Source of the DNA: Candidatus Eiseniibacteriota bacterium
GTDB taxonomy: Bacteria > Joyebacterota > Joyebacteria > Joyebacterales > Joyebacteraceae
Direction: 5' to 3'
Assembly: GCA_043819135.1 (NCBI GenBank)
Contig: JBDRFG010000050.1
Location: forward strand, 1 to 27,213
Length of the DNA stretch: 27,213 bases
Position numbers and translations under genes: made by a program. The notes below the pieces were generated by a model, which saw nothing but the letters and a program-made list of their open reading frames with translations, searched no databases and was not told where the DNA came from. Positions 24,038 through 27,213 of the stretch are shown piece after piece (within the stretch, counting starts at the first letter, position 1; the number at the start of each line of letters is the position of its first letter).

Positions 24038-24691
24038 TTACCTGTACAGCCCCTTGATCACGCCCCAGCTATTATCTTCGACAGGGCTGGCTGGGCAGTA
24101 TGCATGCAGCGCACTCGGACAGCACTCTGAGTCCCAGTAGATGTGAGTGTTGCCTCCCGTGTCCGCGTTGTCGATCTTGAGGATGAGCGAGTTGCCGTTG
24201 AGCACGCAGTTCGCCACCGTCCCGAAGTTGAATGTGTAGGCCACTCCGCAGTCTATGGCGCCAGACGTCGTGACGAATACGGTCACAGGAGTTGCGACCG
24301 CCACGAAGCTGCCTAGGACGCCGGCCGTGCCCGTGCCAAGCGTCACCGTCACGGGCTCGGAGTAGCCGCCGTAGTTGTTGTCTAAGTAGAGCTCGGCCCA
24401 GAAGTCACAGGCGGAGTAGTCGTTGATCTCAGGATACGAAACGGCGTAGAGCGACTGGCCGGGCAGGTACGGTGAGGGGAGATCGGAAATGGCGCAGGTG
24501 TCGTCGCCGGCATCGATGGCCGTGGAGTACATCCACTCCCAGAACGACCCGATGCTCGTGTCCTCCCACCAGTAGACCGCGTCCGGGCCGTCGTTGATGT
24601 ACCAACTGGCGGTTGGTGTCTGGCCGAGACAGGCGGCGGGCAACGAGATGAGCAGGGCGACTGCCAGCGCGATCATAGCATTCAGCTTCAT
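24038..24691 (-). CDS. Secreted Cys-containing hypothetical protein with an SWGxIKxLYR C-terminal motif
   Basis: AAGGAG RBS, signal peptide MKLNAMIALAVALLISLPAACLG, and C-terminus SPVEDNSWGVIKGLYR. Confidence 0.85.
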   Translation of the reverse strand: MKLNAMIALAVALLISLPAACLGQTPTASWYINDGPDAVYWWEDTSIGSFWEWMYSTAIDAGDDTCAISDLPSPYLPGQSLYAVSYPEINDYSACDFWAELYLDNNYGGYSEPVTVTLGTGTAGVLGSFVAVATPVTVFVTTSGAIDCGVAYTFNFGTVANCVLNGNSLILKIDNADTGGNTHIYWDSECCPSALHAYCPASPVEDNSWGVIKGLYR

Positions 24692-24870
24692 GACTCACAC
24701 TCCTTCAGTTCTTGGGCTACTGACTGTGTCCCGGAGCACAACCATCTGCGGCAGGTCAGATCATATGCACTCCTCTCCAGGCCGGGTTCCTCGGCAGGGG
24801 ACCCGAGTCGCGTGAGGTCAGGGGCTACGGCGGCCGAAAGGAGCCCAGATACGCGCCGCTGACGCCTCAG

Positions 24871-24899
24871 AGCGTAGCACAGACAAGTATGCTAGTCAA
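24871..24899 (-). promoter_or_regulatory. sigma70 promoter of the SWG-tailed gene
   Basis: Minus strand TTGACT-N17-TACGCT with a TG extension. Confidence 0.6.
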
Positions 24900-24947
24900 T
24901 AGTCATTACCATACACGCACCATTCGCCCAACCGCCGGAGGTGCCTC

Positions 24948-25856
24948 GTGAAGACGTCCTACCTCACATCGCTGCTCCTCGTAGCCTTGGTTGTCGTCAC
25001 CGTCCCCGCCTCTGCGGCCACCATCCACGTTCCCGGTGAAGAGCCATCCATTCAGGCCTGCTTGGACGCCGCGTCTGCTGGCGACACGGTGCTCGTGGAA
25101 TGCGGCACGTACTACGAGCACGACATCACAATGAAGTCCGGTGTGTGCCTCACAAGCGAAACGAGCCAGCCGGAGTGCGTGACTATCGACGCGCTCCACG
25201 GCGGCAGAGTCATCTACTGCTCCGGGGTTGATAGTACCACCACGATTAGAGGCGTGACGATCCAGAACGGCTTCTCGGGCTACGATCCGGGGGGCGGTGT
25301 GTATTGCGAAGCATCTTCGCCTCTCATTGTCGATGTCCGCTTCTCTGGTAATGTCGCCTACAGTGATGGCGGGGGAATGTACTGTGTGGATTCGGCTCCT
25401 ACCTTGCGCAGCGTCGTGTTCTCTGAGAATGAGGCGCACGCCGAGCACGACGGCGGAGGTCTGTACTGTTCCTCCTCGGCCGCCAGGCTCACTGCGGTTG
25501 CTTTCACCGGTAACACTGCCGCGAATGATGGCGGCGGGATGTACTGCATCTCGTGTTCGCCGATGACTCTCACACACGTCACCTTCACGGACAACCCGTC
25601 ACAAGGAGGGGGCGGCTTGCACTGCGCGGGATCATCGCCACTGACACTCACCGACGTTACCTTCGTTGGCAATGCCGCATCCCGGGACGGGGGCATGTAC
25701 TGCACGCACTGCACGCAAACCTCGTCCTTTGCCCTTACACAGGCCGTCTTTGAGGGCAATCAAGGCGGCGGGTCCTCCCGGCTCGTCTCGAGCCCCGGTT
25801 GGACCCAGCACGCTACCACAAATGTGTGTCCAGGTGGTCCAGGAATCGGGGACTAG
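24948..25856 (+). CDS. Secreted right-handed beta-helix protein with Pmp-like GGxxYC/FxxN repeats, probably C-terminally truncated
   Basis: GGAGGT RBS, signal peptide, TIHVP..SIQA..GDTVLV..GTYYE N-terminus, and six GG(V/M/L)(Y/H)C...FxxN repeats followed by an abrupt non-repeat tail. Confidence 0.85.
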   Translation: MKTSYLTSLLLVALVVVTVPASAATIHVPGEEPSIQACLDAASAGDTVLVECGTYYEHDITMKSGVCLTSETSQPECVTIDALHGGRVIYCSGVDSTTTIRGVTIQNGFSGYDPGGGVYCEASSPLIVDVRFSGNVAYSDGGGMYCVDSAPTLRSVVFSENEAHAEHDGGGLYCSSSAARLTAVAFTGNTAANDGGGMYCISCSPMTLTHVTFTDNPSQGGGGLHCAGSSPLTLTDVTFVGNAASRDGGMYCTHCTQTSSFALTQAVFEGNQGGGSSRLVSSPGWTQHATTNVCPGGPGIGD

Positions 25857-26941
25857 GGCCCCTCGGAACGCAGGAGGACCTTGTCGGTATAGGGATTCGC
25901 CATCAGTCGCACGAACGAGGAGTAGGCGACGCGGAAACCTACGGAGTCACCGACGGACAGCCCCTCCTTTTCCTCCCCCACGTTGAGGACGGTCAGGTCG
26001 CTGCTCGCTCCCGCGATACGGAAGTCCTCGTTCGCCGGTGTCAACCCGCCGACATCCGTGTCGACCTGTCCGACAGCGACGATGGCCCTGTAGCCGCGCT
26101 GCCCGGGGTCAGTCTGCTCTTCATCCTCGATCGGCTGGAAGGGCGTCATCCCGGCGGTCTCACCCAGCGGCACCATGCCCTTCTCCTTGATCTCGACGAT
26201 CTCCGCCTCGAGCCTGACGGCGTCACCTCTCAGCCCCTCGAGCGTTCCGCCCAGTATGAGATCTGTCCCAAGGAAGAGCGACTCGCCCACTCGGAAGTGG
26301 TTGACTTGCTTGGGCAGACTGCCGTCCATGAGCATGGGCAGCGACGAGCTGGAGCCGGCGGAGATCAGGGGGAGCTCGCGCTCGAACTTGAGCTCAAGGA
26401 GCTCCCGATAGAGCACGAGCTGCATCAACTTATCTATGGAGGGCACGACTCCCCCCAGGCATCCGAGATTCGCTCCGATCCCTATCACGTTCGTGTTCGG
26501 CAGCTGGAAGATCTGTTTATAGGTCTGGGACAGCTTCCCGGGCAGGAGGCCCTCTCTCAGGTCGCCAAGCTCAATCATGATGACGACCCGATGAACGATG
26601 CCCTGCCTCCCGGCCTCCTCGTCCAGCTCCTTGACGATCTCGAGCTCGGTGTTCAGCGAGACGTCGGACAGCCGCACGACGTCGTCGATAGCCGAGCTGT
26701 GAGGCGGTCTCAAGTACCAGGTCTCTATCTCCGGCGCAATCTCCCTGATCGTCTCGAGATTGTCGAGCCTGGAATCGGACATCGAGTCCACTCCAAGCTC
26801 TCGGAGGGCCTCTAGCGTCTCCCTGTGCCCGCAGAGAGCCTTCGTCACCACGGTAAGCGTTGCCCCGTGCTCGCCCACCAAACTGCGGATCGCTCTGAGA
26901 TTGTGGTGGAGCGCATCGAGGTCGATTGTGATCCTATTCAC
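25853..26941 (-). CDS. Alanine/ornithine racemase-family PLP-dependent enzyme (Orr/YhfX-like)
   Basis: VVTKALCG (PLP Lys), DSRLDNL, MIELGDLREG, GIGANLGC, SAGSSS, NHFRVGESLFLG and GASSD. Confidence 0.9.
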   Translation of the reverse strand: MNRITIDLDALHHNLRAIRSLVGEHGATLTVVTKALCGHRETLEALRELGVDSMSDSRLDNLETIREIAPEIETWYLRPPHSSAIDDVVRLSDVSLNTELEIVKELDEEAGRQGIVHRVVIMIELGDLREGLLPGKLSQTYKQIFQLPNTNVIGIGANLGCLGGVVPSIDKLMQLVLYRELLELKFERELPLISAGSSSSLPMLMDGSLPKQVNHFRVGESLFLGTDLILGGTLEGLRGDAVRLEAEIVEIKEKGMVPLGETAGMTPFQPIEDEEQTDPGQRGYRAIVAVGQVDTDVGGLTPANEDFRIAGASSDLTVLNVGEEKEGLSVGDSVGFRVAYSSFVRLMANPYTDKVLLRSEGP

Positions 26942-27212
26942 GCGACCACCTCATCTCCAGGTACTTGGCCGTGAACCCGCTGCGCTCATACAGGCGCCGA
27001 GCAGGATTGTCGTGCTCGACATGGAGCTTCACCTGCCCCTCACACTCGTCGAACACGCGACGGAGAAGCGCCCCTCCTATGCCCTGCCCGCGGGAATCGG
27101 GGCCGACCGCTATGAACAGCAGCAGGTTCTCGGGGACGTAACCACTCATTCCCGTGCGCAGCATCACTACAGCACCGAGCGGCCTCTTCTCTCTGTGTGT
27201 GACAATGACGAA
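26934..27212 (-). CDS. GNAT N-acetyltransferase (partial, 5' end outside the window)
   Basis: The frame is open to the window edge: ..GAVVMLRTGMSGYVPENLLLFIAVGPDSRGQGIGGALL..LHVEHDNPARRLYERSGF. Contains the acetyl-CoA motif RGQGIG and overlaps the racemase start by 8 nt. Confidence 0.92.
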   Translation of the reverse strand, partial: FVIVTHREKRPLGAVVMLRTGMSGYVPENLLLFIAVGPDSRGQGIGGALLRRVFDECEGQVKLHVEHDNPARRLYERSGFTAKYLEMRWSRE

Positions 27213-27213
27213 G

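Overview
GC-rich bacterial chromosomal window. By inference it comes from an FCB-superphylum candidate lineage such as Eisenbacteria, Krumholzibacteria or Latescibacteria, judged from the PNPFN-type FlgD-Ig C-terminal domains and an SWGxIKxLYR tail. From left to right: the 5' end of a 2-oxoacid:ferredoxin oxidoreductase operon (ferredoxin subunit plus partial alpha subunit); a toast-rack lipoprotein; an orphan Rrf2 regulator; a candidate sigma54-driven two-gene unit (a 191-aa secreted protein and a 51-aa Trp-rich secreted peptide missing from the ORF track) downstream of a MacAB-type ABC exporter; three large secreted proteins with FlgD-Ig/T9SS-like tails (duplicated-domain GEVED protein, CBM-GH53 galactanase, LTD-endonuclease I nuclease), interspersed with a small membrane protein and a CapK/PaaK-like ligase; a cold-shock protein gene with a terminator-containing leader; a GT-C glycosyltransferase; a Ser/Thr kinase-TPR protein; a mobile-element scar (tRNA-3'-like att candidate, amber-interrupted recombinase-associated HTH frame, IS3 left end); an SWG-tailed secreted protein; a probably truncated Pmp-repeat beta-helix protein; and a GNAT plus PLP-racemase pair. 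No complete tRNA, rRNA or CRISPR array was seen. All family calls are from motif recognition by eye, and no database searches were run.
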